From Oscillospiraceae bacterium (GTDB taxonomy: Bacteria > Bacillota > Clostridia > Oscillospirales > JAKOTC01), in NCBI GenBank assembly GCA_035353335.1, contig DAOPZJ010000005.1, positions 8,530 through 72,352 of the forward strand: DNA of 63,823 nucleotides. The letters are read 5' to 3'. Of this stretch, positions 54,352 through 63,823 are shown one piece after another. A program made the position numbers and the translations under genes. The notes below the pieces were generated by a model. It searched no databases, had not been told where the DNA came from, and was given only the letters and a program-made list of their open reading frames with translations. The first letter of the stretch is position 1, and each line of letters starts with the position of its first letter.

Positions 54352-55041
54352 TTACTCCGTCTTACCCGAATAGGGGGCTCTTCTTCCGGGACAGTTGGGC
54401 ATCGGACAGAACTTGCAATTTTCGTAGTGCGATTCGAACGCATTCGATGCGCTTGAAAAATAAAAACCCGATACCGTTTTCGAGGGCAGCATCAGAAGCG
54501 AATCGGTCAGTACCACGCCGATGTCTTCGATGACGTTTCCGATCAGGTTAAATAACGGAATCTGCCCGGATAACGGCCAGTCCGCAAGCGATCCGGGACT
54601 CATATGCGAGAGGTCCTGCGCCGGAAAATAGGCCGATTTGACGGTTTTTTGCAAGTCCGCGTAACATTTGAACAGAACCAGCTTTTTCAGTTCGTCAGCC
54701 CAGAACTGTTCAAGCAGATCGGTAAATTGACGCGACCACTCTTCAATTTCGACGCCGCAAGTGGCCACATAAGGGACAATCCGATGTACCTTGTCAAGGT
54801 TTCTGCGCACCAGTTTGGAGTCAAACCGCTGTCCTCCGGCCACGACGAAACCGTCGCCCTTTTCTTCGATGGCGCTGATACAGTATATATATTTCGGACG
54901 CGCAATTCCGAGAGCCTGCGAGAGCAGTTCCGTCACGCGGATATAATCTTCGCCGCCGGGGTCGCGTTTCATATCGATCGCTTTGAGAAAATCCTCTTCG
55001 GTAACGTTGAATTTGATGTCATTGACAATGTGTTTTTCCAT
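54352..55041 (-). CDS. Methionine-synthase activation-domain-like protein (PF02965-like) with a C-terminal Cys cluster
   Basis: The size and overall pattern resemble stand-alone vitamin-B12-dependent methionine synthase activation-region proteins of Clostridia. It ends CKFCPMPNCPGR. The assignment is from memory only. Confidence 0.45.
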   Translation of the reverse strand: MEKHIVNDIKFNVTEEDFLKAIDMKRDPGGEDYIRVTELLSQALGIARPKYIYCISAIEEKGDGFVVAGGQRFDSKLVRRNLDKVHRIVPYVATCGVEIEEWSRQFTDLLEQFWADELKKLVLFKCYADLQKTVKSAYFPAQDLSHMSPGSLADWPLSGQIPLFNLIGNVIEDIGVVLTDSLLMLPSKTVSGFYFSSASNAFESHYENCKFCPMPNCPGRRAPYSGKTE

Positions 55042-55059
55042 AGCTGTACCTCTGAATGA

Positions 55060-56553
55060 TTATTCCAGATCGACAATGCCCGCCCTGCGGTTATAATAGA
55101 TGTGTTCGAGTTTTGAATCCGAATAGACAAAAATGCCGCCCTTTTGAACGGGGAAGATGCGCCTGCTGTCAAATATCAGCTGTTCTGCCGCTTTGGCGAA
55201 TTCCTGTTCGGAATAAGCCTGAATCGCATCCAACTGCGCGGTGACCGCCTCGTAAGCGCCGATCTGTGTGCAAAGGTCTTTATAAAACGCGACCGGTGTC
55301 GACTGTGTGTATTCGACCGGAATCAGCGCAGCGTCATAATCGCCGTTTTTCATCAGCGACCGGATTTTCGCACGGCTGTAATATTCCCGTGTGACAAATA
55401 CGCTGATGTTTTTTTGCCATAACTGCACCAGTTCATCCGACAGTGCGCGGGCCTCTTCCTCGTCCGGCACCAAAAGGGTGATCGTGGGCAGAGACGAGAG
55501 CTTGTAATTGGCAAGGAGGGTGCTTAAGAGCCCTTTCGCCGCCTCATTATCGGAGGCGCGTGCGGATTGAGGTTTCGAGAGGAAAAAACCGGAATATGCC
55601 GCAGGCATAAGATTGGTTATTTGATTCTGCTGCTGCAACTCGCCGAATCCCCCATATGCCAGCGCAAGGCGAAGAAGCTCATCGCGGCCTGCCGTATTTA
55701 CACCGACGCCGAAACTGATCGCCCAGGTCAGGTCATCGATGCGTTCCGTCTCAATACCGGAGCGGATGTCCAGTTCCCGATCGGAGATTGCCATCACGGT
55801 TTTTTTGGAATTGATGCGGGAAGCGAGTTCTTTTTCAGAGATATCGGAGCTTTTATAAAAGGTAACGGAACCGGGCAGCGTCTTTTCGGCATATTCGGCC
55901 TTTTTAAGGACGATCAGCGTATCGTTCCTGCTGTATACGGCGTAGGGACCGTTGAAAAGGGTTTTTGCTGCGGTCATGCCGTAAGAGCCGCCCGCGGCGG
56001 TAAAAAAAGCTTTGTTGCAGGGTGACAGCCAGGGTTCTGCAAAGGCATATAAAAACATCTCATCGGTATAATCCAGGCTGAAAATCAAAGTGCTTTTGTC
56101 GGGGCAGGATATTCCGGCGATCTTCGCCGCGGTCTTATTGTAAAATGCCCCGGCTCCCGTGATCGAAAACAGGACTTTTGCGTAGGAAGAGCCGGTTTCA
56201 GGTATGAGGATGCGCTCGATGGCATATTCGAAATCATAGGAGGTGACCTGAGAACCGTCCTGCCAAAACCGATCGGTGCGTAAAATAAAGGTCAGTTTTC
56301 TGCCGTCATCAGAGAAATAAAACTGCTCGGCGACGTCGGGACGGAGCATTCCGTCTTTTCCGTATTGAAGAAGACCCGAAAAGAGAAAACCGAATACAGA
56401 AGCGCCGGATTGCTGCGCCTCAAGCTGCGGATCGAGCGTATACGGAAACGCGTCCAATCCGATCGATATTTTATTTAAGGTACTTCCGCAGCCGGTCAAC
56501 GGCAGCATGCAGACGGCTATAATAACCGCCAAAAAGGATATAAGCTTTTTCAA
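55060..56553 (-). CDS. Family-5 (OppA/DppA-like) ABC substrate-binding lipoprotein, orphan
   Basis: The lipobox is LPLTGC and the length of about 500 aa and SBP_bac_5-like N-terminal region (YTLDPQ..) fit the family. There are no adjacent permease genes. Confidence 0.7.
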   Translation of the reverse strand: MKKLISFLAVIIAVCMLPLTGCGSTLNKISIGLDAFPYTLDPQLEAQQSGASVFGFLFSGLLQYGKDGMLRPDVAEQFYFSDDGRKLTFILRTDRFWQDGSQVTSYDFEYAIERILIPETGSSYAKVLFSITGAGAFYNKTAAKIAGISCPDKSTLIFSLDYTDEMFLYAFAEPWLSPCNKAFFTAAGGSYGMTAAKTLFNGPYAVYSRNDTLIVLKKAEYAEKTLPGSVTFYKSSDISEKELASRINSKKTVMAISDRELDIRSGIETERIDDLTWAISFGVGVNTAGRDELLRLALAYGGFGELQQQNQITNLMPAAYSGFFLSKPQSARASDNEAAKGLLSTLLANYKLSSLPTITLLVPDEEEARALSDELVQLWQKNISVFVTREYYSRAKIRSLMKNGDYDAALIPVEYTQSTPVAFYKDLCTQIGAYEAVTAQLDAIQAYSEQEFAKAAEQLIFDSRRIFPVQKGGIFVYSDSKLEHIYYNRRAGIVDLE

Positions 56554-56554
56554 T

Positions 56555-57625
56555 TCAGTTTAAATTTTCATACCGTATTTCAGTCAGACGGAGCCGCTGC
56601 AAACAGCCCTCGTCTTTCGCGCCGCCGCAGCAATAAGCCAAAAACATGCGGTCGGTTTCGGGATGGATCGCGCAGTAACAATAGCCCGCTTCGGGATCGT
56701 CCTCAATTAAAAACGTCTTTTCGATTTTTGTGATCTCCTGATTCACCAGCGCGCCGACCAGCGGGGTTCGTCCCCAGCCGGCTTTGGATAGGTTTCTGGT
56801 ATTATAGTTCGGAATGGGATTATAGACCGCGAACAGCCTCCCGTCCGGCAGCCGTTTCATCGAAAGCGGAGAAAGCGGGGCGGTGAATATTGAAGGTTTG
56901 GGGATACTCCAGGTTTCTCCCCCGTCAAAGGAGAGCATTTCATATTGCCTTCCCAGATCCGTCCGGATCCAGCAATAAAGCCGCTCGTCCGATAGTTCAA
57001 TGATACCCGGCTCCTGATAGCCGTTTTGATCGAACCTGCTTTCGGGGACACTCATACCGCCGAGATTGCTCCAGGTTTTGCCGCCGTCGTCGGAGCAGGT
57101 GAAGCGAACGGTTCCGCCGGGGTTGAAAACTCCCGCGGCCAAATCATTTTTATGCAGGGAACAGGGAACAATCAAACGTCCGCTTTTGAGCCGCACCACC
57201 CGGTCGTTGTTGGTGACGTTGTAGCCGGGTTCGGGGATACAGCACACCGGCTGATCCCATGTCTTTCCCTCATCATGACTGCGAAACAGATGCAGCCGGA
57301 TATCGGAAAGGCCTTCGCCGTTGTCCCGAACGATAAAGAATAGGCCGATATCGCCGTTGTCAAGGCGAAGAAGAGATACGCTCATCACGTTTTTGGTGCC
57401 GAGTGATTTCGCGGAGAACAAAATCTCCGGTTCGCTCCATACGGAACCTTTACACCGGATCGCCGCGATATCGCAGACCGCGAAATCGCCCCAGCTCTCG
57501 CCTTTGAAACGGCTGTATGCAAATAACAACTCCCCGTTTTTTAAGCGCAGAAAAGCACCCTCGCTGTTGCGGGGGTTTCCCGCTGCGGGCGCAAGTTCGT
57601 GAATGGGAGTTCCGATTCTCTTCAT
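56555..57625 (-). CDS. BNR/sialidase-like beta-propeller protein (cytoplasmic)
   Basis: Asp-box repeats SHDEGKTW, SDDGGKTW and SFDGGETW are present, and there is no signal peptide. Confidence 0.75.
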   Translation of the reverse strand: MKRIGTPIHELAPAAGNPRNSEGAFLRLKNGELLFAYSRFKGESWGDFAVCDIAAIRCKGSVWSEPEILFSAKSLGTKNVMSVSLLRLDNGDIGLFFIVRDNGEGLSDIRLHLFRSHDEGKTWDQPVCCIPEPGYNVTNNDRVVRLKSGRLIVPCSLHKNDLAAGVFNPGGTVRFTCSDDGGKTWSNLGGMSVPESRFDQNGYQEPGIIELSDERLYCWIRTDLGRQYEMLSFDGGETWSIPKPSIFTAPLSPLSMKRLPDGRLFAVYNPIPNYNTRNLSKAGWGRTPLVGALVNQEITKIEKTFLIEDDPEAGYCYCAIHPETDRMFLAYCCGGAKDEGCLQRLRLTEIRYENLN

Positions 57626-57687
57626 TTAATACCTCTGACGGGATGCGGCGCGGGCGAGAGCCCGCGCCGCAATGATTCTGATCTGAA

Positions 57688-59472
57688 TTATTTGTACATC
57701 GGGCCGTAGTACCCGCAGGCGCGGTAATCGGCCGATTCAAGATCGTCGGTTCCGAATGCCGACCAGGCGTGCGGGCGGAAGACCCGCTCGTCCCCGACGT
57801 TGTGCAGGGCGACCGGAATGCGCAGCATCGAAGCCAGCGTGATCAGTTCCGCGCCGACATGTCCGTAGACGCTCGCGCCGTGGTTGGCGCCCCAGTTGGC
57901 CATGACGCTGTAGACGTCCTTGAACGCGCCTTTGCCGGTCAGTTTCGGCACAAACCAGGTGGTCGGCCAGGTCGGATCGGTGCGCTTGTCGAGTTTTTCG
58001 TGGATATCGTCGGGCAGGATGGCCGAATAGCCCTCGGCAATCTGAAGCACCGGGCCGATCCCGTCGATCATGTTTGCGCGGATCATGGTCAGCGGCATCT
58101 CGGCCTGAGTGCGGAAGTGCGACGAGAATCCGCCGCCGCGGAAATATTCATAGTTGGCTCTGCACCAGTCGGTTGCTTTCAAACAGGCGTCGATGTCCTT
58201 GTCGGTCATATCCCACCACGGCTTCATGCAGCCCTCGCCCTGATCGTTCTTCGCGCAGCCGGTGCCGTCGAGCGCGGTCGCGCCCGAGTTGATCAGATGG
58301 ATAAAGCCGTCCTTTGCGATGCCTTTGGGCGATTTTCCGGTTACGCGTTTGACCGCTTCCGGGCTCCAGTAGGTGCGCACGTCGGAGAAGAGCGGCGCGG
58401 TGTTTGTGACCAAATGTCCGAGCAGCATCGCAATGCCGTTCATGGTATCGTTTTCGGTCGCAAAAGTGACCGGCATGCGCGCGCCGTTCCAGTCAAAGGT
58501 GGAGTTCATGATCGCCTCGGTAAAATCGCCGTTCGGCAGCCAGTCGGTCCAGTTTCTTTGGCCCTGGAAGCCGCCCGCGATGGCGTTTTTGCCGAGCGCT
58601 TCCTCGTGCCAGCCCATCTTGCCGAGTTCGGGGTTGCCGAGCATCACATCGCGCACGATCAAGCTGAATTTGGTGATAAATTCCCAATCCTTGTCGGGTT
58701 CGACGACCTTGGATTTAGTGACGACTTCGGGCAGATTCTTGCCCGCGTTGCAATCAAAGCCCTCCGGGCAGTTCTTTTTAATCCACGCGTAAGCGCGGTC
58801 ATATTCCTTATGGTCGTAAATTTCGAGTTTCATCCGGCGCAGAACTTCGGTCAGATCACACCACTCCGCGCGGATGCCGAGATATCTCTGGAAAAAATTT
58901 GCGTCGCAGTAAGAACCCGCGATGCCCATTGAGACGCCGCCGAAATTGACGTATGATTTATTTTTCATCAAACCGACTGCGATTGCGCAGCGGGCAAATT
59001 TCAATATTTTTTCTGCGACGTCGGGCGTGATGCCGGAGTTTCCGGCGTCCTGAACGTCGCGGCCGTAAATCGAAAATGCGGGCAGACCCTTTTGCGCATG
59101 CGCCGCCATGACCGCAGCCAAATAGACCGCGCCGGGGCGTTCGGTGCCGTTAAAACCCCAAACCGCTTTCACGGTGGTCGGGTCCATATCCATGGTTTCG
59201 CTGCCGTAGCACCAACAGGGGGTCACGGATAAAGTGCCGCAGACGCGTTCGTTATAAAACTTTTCGGCGCATTTGGCGGCTTCTGCGCCGCCGCCGATCG
59301 TCGTGTCGGCAATGACGCACTGAACCGAGGTTCCGTCGGGATATCTGAGATTTTCCGAGATGAGTTTGGCCGCAGCCGAAGCCATCCCCATCGTCTGTTT
59401 TTCAAGCGATTCGCGCACGCCGCCCCAGCGGCCGTCGATGACGGGACGGATGCCGATTTTGGGATATACCAT
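57688..59472 (-). CDS. fucI: L-fucose isomerase
   Basis: 594 aa, starting [21 protein letters not shown], with full-length collinearity to FucI. Confidence 0.93.
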   Translation of the reverse strand: MVYPKIGIRPVIDGRWGGVRESLEKQTMGMASAAAKLISENLRYPDGTSVQCVIADTTIGGGAEAAKCAEKFYNERVCGTLSVTPCWCYGSETMDMDPTTVKAVWGFNGTERPGAVYLAAVMAAHAQKGLPAFSIYGRDVQDAGNSGITPDVAEKILKFARCAIAVGLMKNKSYVNFGGVSMGIAGSYCDANFFQRYLGIRAEWCDLTEVLRRMKLEIYDHKEYDRAYAWIKKNCPEGFDCNAGKNLPEVVTKSKVVEPDKDWEFITKFSLIVRDVMLGNPELGKMGWHEEALGKNAIAGGFQGQRNWTDWLPNGDFTEAIMNSTFDWNGARMPVTFATENDTMNGIAMLLGHLVTNTAPLFSDVRTYWSPEAVKRVTGKSPKGIAKDGFIHLINSGATALDGTGCAKNDQGEGCMKPWWDMTDKDIDACLKATDWCRANYEYFRGGGFSSHFRTQAEMPLTMIRANMIDGIGPVLQIAEGYSAILPDDIHEKLDKRTDPTWPTTWFVPKLTGKGAFKDVYSVMANWGANHGASVYGHVGAELITLASMLRIPVALHNVGDERVFRPHAWSAFGTDDLESADYRACGYYGPMYK

Positions 59473-59874
59473 AAATTATTACCTCCTCATTGGTCTCTTT
59501 TGCCTATTTTAGTACAAAGCTATTCGGCTGTCAAGACACAAGGGCGGGACTTGAAACCGTGTTTTGAGCACGCGAACCGTGAACCGGAAGGAGCCAAAAC
59601 GAGCGAATTTGTGAATTTTGAGTGAAAAATTCATCCAAAAGCGTCGAAACGAGCTTGTGAAACAAGCATAATATACAAATAAATAACGTTGTATTTGTGA
59701 TATATGCGCATAAACTGTACAATTTATACAAACACGAAATGGCAAGTTTGGCATTTCTCAGAGGGCTCTGACTATTCATTTTTTCGCTTGATTGTGCTAA
59801 AATAAGGTTGCATCCAGCGCTACGGCATACGCTTCGGCGCAGCTCGGGCGTATGTTATTATAGGAGGAACTGAA

Positions 59875-60999
59875 ATGGCAACATTGTCACTGAAAAATGT
59901 CTGCAAAAAATATCCGAACAACGATAAGCTCGCTGTTACCGATTTTAATCTTGAAATTAGAGACAAAGAGTTCATCATTTTGGTCGGTCCGTCCGGCTGC
60001 GGAAAATCCACAACTCTGCGTATGGTGGCCGGTCTGGAGGAGATTTCGAGCGGCGAGTGCTACATCGACGACCGTCTTGTGAACAATGTCGCTCCGAAAG
60101 ACAGAGACATCGCAATGGTCTTCCAGGATTACGCGCTGTATCCCCATATGAGTGTCTATGAGAACATGGCATTCGGTCTTCGTTTGCACGGTATCCCAAA
60201 AAAGGACATCGAGCGCCGCGTCAAAGAGGCCGCTCGTATCCTCGATATCCAAAAATTCCTCGAACGCAAACCCGCGGCTCTGTCCGGCGGTCAGCGGCAG
60301 CGTGTCGCGCTCGGCCGCGCCATCGTCCGTGAGCCGAAAGTGTTCCTGCTCGACGAACCGCTGTCCAACCTCGACGCCAAACTCAGAAACCAGATGAGAA
60401 CCGAGATTTCCAAGCTGCACAACAAACTCGGCACGACCTTTATCTACGTCACCCATGACCAGGTCGAGGCCATGACCATGGCCGACCGTATCGTCGTCAT
60501 GAAAGACGGCTATATCCAGCAGGTCGCCGATCCCGATACGCTTTATAATCATCCGGGCAATCTTTTCGTCGCCAGCTTCATCGGCACCCCGATGATGAAC
60601 TTCCTCGAGGGCAGAGTCATCGATCTTGGCAGCTGTGTCGGATTTGAATACGGCGAGCAGAAAAAGTTCCTCTTCAAGCTCCCGCCGGAAAAATACAAAA
60701 AAGAGTTCTTCAGAAATTATTTCGGCAACACCATCATCATGGGTGTCCGCTCCGAAGATATGCACGACGAAGCCGATTACCTTGCTGAGCATCCGGATTC
60801 GATTTTCGAAGCCTTTGTCGAAGTCACCGAGCCGATGGGCTCCGAGACCTATCTGTATCTGTCCTGCGAAGGCCAGAGCATGACCGCGCGCGTCAAGCCG
60901 ACCACGACCACCAAAGACGGCTCCACCATCCGCATTGCGATCGACACCAATCGCGTCCACTGCTTCGACCGCGAAGACGAGCAGATCATCATCGACTAG
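59875..60999 (+). CDS. msmX: MsmX/MalK-type multitask sugar ABC ATPase (stand-alone)
   Basis: 374 aa with [18 protein letters not shown] and [11 protein letters not shown]. It is a close paralogue of the N-terminal 370 aa of the CDS at 9661-11574. Confidence 0.9.
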   Translation: MATLSLKNVCKKYPNNDKLAVTDFNLEIRDKEFIILVGPSGCGKSTTLRMVAGLEEISSGECYIDDRLVNNVAPKDRDIAMVFQDYALYPHMSVYENMAFGLRLHGIPKKDIERRVKEAARILDIQKFLERKPAALSGGQRQRVALGRAIVREPKVFLLDEPLSNLDAKLRNQMRTEISKLHNKLGTTFIYVTHDQVEAMTMADRIVVMKDGYIQQVADPDTLYNHPGNLFVASFIGTPMMNFLEGRVIDLGSCVGFEYGEQKKFLFKLPPEKYKKEFFRNYFGNTIIMGVRSEDMHDEADYLAEHPDSIFEAFVEVTEPMGSETYLYLSCEGQSMTARVKPTTTTKDGSTIRIAIDTNRVHCFDREDEQIIID

Positions 61000-61016
61000 T
61001 CGCCATTCAACATATA

Positions 61017-61054
61017 AAAACAAGAGCCGCGGGCAACCACGGCTCTTGTTTGTC
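61017..61054 (+). terminator. msmX terminator
   Basis: AACAAGAGCCG, a loop, then CGGCTCTTGTTTG. Confidence 0.7.
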
Positions 61055-61161
61055 ATTCTGAAGAGTGCACTATATGTCGAATCGAAGAATCCCGGCAAAG
61101 AAGGCATTTACATATTTGAACAAAAAAGAGATGCGGTATTCTTTGTCCGCAGCTCTGTGTT

Positions 61162-61851
61162 TTAATCACCTTTTTTCTTTTTTACCAAACACACAATCGA
61201 AACAACCAGCGGAATCAATACGGAGGCGGCTGTCAGGAGGATGATGCGCAAAACCATATCGTTGAAAAACTGCTCGGGGAACATATTGATCATGACGCTG
61301 GTGTAGGGATCGAGCATCCACAGGTCGTTATGGAAAAACAGCAGGTGAAAATTCACCCAGAGCGAATTGAAGTCGATCAAAGCCCAAATTCCCGCCGCAA
61401 TCAAAATCACAAAGAAAATCGCCGCGCCCTCGATATAGCGTCTTGCGAAGAAGCGAAGCCGGTTCTCGCGTACGATAAAAACCGCAGCCGCAAAGATCAG
61501 CGGACTGGCGACCAGACAGACGGTTTTATAAACGTTCCAGCCGCCGAACAGCGCCGCCACATCAACCATATGCGCCTTTTCGCGGTCGTTAAAGACCTCA
61601 CGTTGAACGCCGTCGATAGTTGCGTTTACAACCATATCGTCCCGGTTTCCTTTGATATAATCAATCAGGGTAACGGTAGATTTCATCAAATCATCGTGAG
61701 ACATTCCGAGGTCGGCAGCGGTGTTGAGCTCGGCGTATTCTTTGTTATAAAATCCGGTATTCAATCCGACGCCGCAGACAACCGTGTACATCGCGGCGAT
61801 AATCAGAAAGAAAAACGCAAGTGTGCAGAGAATCGAAATCGCTTTTTTCAT
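61162..61851 (-). CDS. TIGR01906-like integral membrane protein
   Basis: An N-terminal TM segment, then FYNKEYAELN..., then three C-terminal TM segments. The family call is from memory. Confidence 0.55.
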   Translation of the reverse strand: MKKAISILCTLAFFFLIIAAMYTVVCGVGLNTGFYNKEYAELNTAADLGMSHDDLMKSTVTLIDYIKGNRDDMVVNATIDGVQREVFNDREKAHMVDVAALFGGWNVYKTVCLVASPLIFAAAVFIVRENRLRFFARRYIEGAAIFFVILIAAGIWALIDFNSLWVNFHLLFFHNDLWMLDPYTSVMINMFPEQFFNDMVLRIILLTAASVLIPLVVSIVCLVKKKKGD

Positions 61852-61853
61852 AA

Positions 61854-62300
61854 TCACTGTTTCCCCGTAGAGCCGAAACCGCCTGCGCCGCGTTCGGAAT
61901 CGTCAAGTTCTTCAGCCTCGATAAAGACGGCGCGGTCGACCGGCATCAGCGCCATCTGGGCAAGACGCTCGCCCGGCATAACCGTGTATGGTGTATCGGA
62001 GAGATTGGAAAGTCCCACGCGGATTTCGCCCCGGTAGTCACTGTCAATCACACCGACGCTGTTGCTGAGCGTGACGCCGTGTTTGTTGCCGTGTCCGCTG
62101 CGCGCAAACACAAATAATCCGTAACCGCTTTCCGTGATCTGAGCGGAGATTCCGGTCGGGAACAAAAACCGTTTGCCCGGTTCGAGCACATAGGGCTCGG
62201 CGATATCGGCAAACAAATCCGCCGCACTCGAGCCGTCGGTGGCGTATACAGGCAGTTTCGCAGTTTGCGTGAGACGTCTTATTTTTACTTTGATTTGCAT
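61854..62300 (-). CDS. dut: dUTP diphosphatase
   Basis: LPVYATDGSSAADL, ARSGHGNKHG, GVIDSDYRGEI and ERGAGGFGSTG. Confidence 0.95.
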   Translation of the reverse strand: MQIKVKIRRLTQTAKLPVYATDGSSAADLFADIAEPYVLEPGKRFLFPTGISAQITESGYGLFVFARSGHGNKHGVTLSNSVGVIDSDYRGEIRVGLSNLSDTPYTVMPGERLAQMALMPVDRAVFIEAEELDDSERGAGGFGSTGKQ

Positions 62301-62372
62301 TTTATTCATTCCCTAAATATATCAATTCCCGCCGCGGCGGCACCGAACCTTTTAACTATTCACGATTACTTA

Positions 62373-62888
62373 TTACTTCATTGCAACAGTCGCTCCTACG
62401 ATTTGATAAAGATTATGGATTTCCATTTCTCGCTTTTCAGCCAACTCGACGGTGCTTGCGGTTCCCCCGGGCGTGCCGTCGAAGTAAGCGATCAAAAGAG
62501 AAGAATTGTCAATCATATAACGGTTGCGGGCATGCATGCATCCTCGCACATAATTCGGTGAAAGACAGGTCACAAGGTCGGCGCGTTCGATGATGTATCG
62601 ATAAGCGGCTTTGTCGGCTTCGCTCCAACGGTCGGCCTGACCGGCATGGGGCAGGGCGAGCTCTAAAAATACGTTCGGATATTCCCATTTTGCTTTGAGC
62701 ACAGCCCTTGCGCATATCAGGTCAAAGCCCCGGCTCATACCGCAGATAAAACGTTGATGGCCGCCGCGGATACAGACGGCCAATTCCCGGTTCAGCGCTT
62801 CGGCAATCAGAGGGAGTTTTTCCTTTTGAAGTTTGTCCGGGCGGTGGCCGGTGAAACAGGCGGTGACTGCTTTGTAATCGCCGGTCAT
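62373..62888 (-). CDS. DUF1273 / SLOG-family (YpsA-like) protein
   Basis: AVTACFTGHRPDKL...FICGMSRGFDL. The ATGA start overlaps the stop of the upstream gene. Confidence 0.75.
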   Translation of the reverse strand: MTGDYKAVTACFTGHRPDKLQKEKLPLIAEALNRELAVCIRGGHQRFICGMSRGFDLICARAVLKAKWEYPNVFLELALPHAGQADRWSEADKAAYRYIIERADLVTCLSPNYVRGCMHARNRYMIDNSSLLIAYFDGTPGGTASTVELAEKREMEIHNLYQIVGATVAMK

Positions 62889-63604
62889 TTGAGGTATTTT
62901 GAACAAAGTTCGAGGTCTTCCTCGGTGTTGATTCCGATGATCTGGACATCATCGCGGATGGTATGCGTTGTGACCGGAAACCCGCGTTTTTGCAAAATCG
63001 CCGGAACGTCGGTCAGGTAATATTCTTTTTGGGCGTTGTCGGAACGCAGTTCTCCGAGCGCTGAAAAAAGCTGTTTGGCGTCAAAGACATAAATGCTCGG
63101 GTTGAGTTCTTTAATCAATTTTTGTTCCGGTGTGCAATCCTTCTCCTCTGCCACACCCGCAAATTTTCCGTTTTCGTCGCGAACGATGCGCCCGTAAGGG
63201 AGCTTTTGTTCGCTAATCGCGGTCAAAATGACGCAGCCGCCGTTTTTCTTTTGCAGTGCGAACATATCAAGCAGGGTCTGCTGTTTGAACATCGGCATAT
63301 CACCGAGCATAATCAAAACCGGGCCGTCGTAACCTTCAAAAGACTTTTCGCATACCTTAACCGCATGTCCGGTTCCGAGCTGCTCCTCCTGGATGACAAA
63401 GTTATAACCGCTGAAGGCCTCAAGAACTTTTTCGCGTTTATAACCGATTACGACGGTGATATTCTTTTTATGGAGAAAGCCGAGAGATTTTAAAACATAA
63501 CTTAAGATCGGTTTTCCGCATAACGGCTTCATGGCTTTTGGAAAGTCGTCGCCTTCACGCAAAAGTCGGGTGCCCTTTCCGGCGGCGAGCACGATTGCTC
63601 TCAT
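62885..63604 (-). CDS. Sugar-phosphate nucleotidyltransferase (GlmU N-terminal-like)
   Basis: MRAIVLAAGKGTRL...FPKAMKPLCGKPIL...GTGHAV...LGDMP. Confidence 0.85.
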   Translation of the reverse strand: MRAIVLAAGKGTRLLREGDDFPKAMKPLCGKPILSYVLKSLGFLHKKNITVVIGYKREKVLEAFSGYNFVIQEEQLGTGHAVKVCEKSFEGYDGPVLIMLGDMPMFKQQTLLDMFALQKKNGGCVILTAISEQKLPYGRIVRDENGKFAGVAEEKDCTPEQKLIKELNPSIYVFDAKQLFSALGELRSDNAQKEYYLTDVPAILQKRGFPVTTHTIRDDVQIIGINTEEDLELCSKYLK

Positions 63605-63620
63605 GTCTTCGATCTCCTTT

Positions 63621-63823
63621 TACTTTGTGAATTGCGCATATTTTTCGAACCCGTACAGCGCGGAAACGTCGCTTTGCGGCGCGATCACAGCAATCACGAG
63701 TTCTTTATCAACCGGTAAAAGGGCTGCGGCCGCTGCCGCGGTATCGGCGGTCATTGCTGCGGCGGCGTTTTTGCGCGGTGATGCGGGGGCGTTCAACACC
63801 GCGACATAACCGGCAAGCCCGTT
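63621..63823 (-). CDS. 3-prime end of an unidentified CDS running off the window
   Basis: The open frame on the minus strand ends ...VIAVIAPQSDVSALYGFEKYAQFTK-stop (hand translation), and codon usage is consistent with the neighbouring genes. Confidence 0.3.

Overview
This is a 63.8-kb chromosomal segment from a spore-forming, GC-rich Clostridia-type Firmicute. That assignment is an inference from spo0A, the class B sortase, fhs, the bifurcating [FeFe]-hydrogenase and the codon style. Most of the window is recognisable core or carbohydrate metabolism: spo0A preceded by 0A boxes; a LacI/GH53 galactan-utilisation ABC locus; a Val-Asp-Phe-Gly-Cys tRNA operon; fhs; rpmG-secE-nusG-rplK-rplA; htrA; a GH29 fucosidase; queT; a 10-gene HydABC-type hydrogenase operon with sensory and regulatory genes; clpB; a corrinoid protein and two CoA-ligase genes; fucI; msmX; and dut. 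Because of the high GC content, most long ORFs lying antisense to these genes are artefacts. Five things are not explained by routine annotation. (1) An AT-rich mini-island sits beside tRNA-Cys. It holds an orphan Avd-like four-helix-bundle gene with an apparently leaderless promoter. Upstream of that lies a 190-bp ladder of TGAAGTG/CACTTCA heptads interleaved with unique mini-hairpins, and two 87-bp modules that each fuse a 20-bp hairpin to a CCA-ended copy of the tRNA-Cys 3-prime end. (2) A complete T-box leader with an apparent Tyr (UAC) specifier controls an adenylate-forming acyl-CoA-ligase-like gene rather than a tRNA synthetase. (3) A visibly low-GC island of about 8 kb (27.2-35.2 kb) encodes an ATPase, two FtsX-like permeases, a lipocalin-like lipoprotein and an RCC1-repeat lipoprotein. 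An IS6-family insertion with an intact target duplication has separated these genes from a small Cys-rich secreted protein gene, and I read the locus as an uncharacterised bacteriocin-like or envelope system. (4) An ABC-F gene has a 3-codon uORF attenuator leader. (5) A MalK/MsmX-type ATPase carries a C-terminal extension of about 270 aa. All coordinates and motifs were read by eye from the sequence, and no database search was possible.
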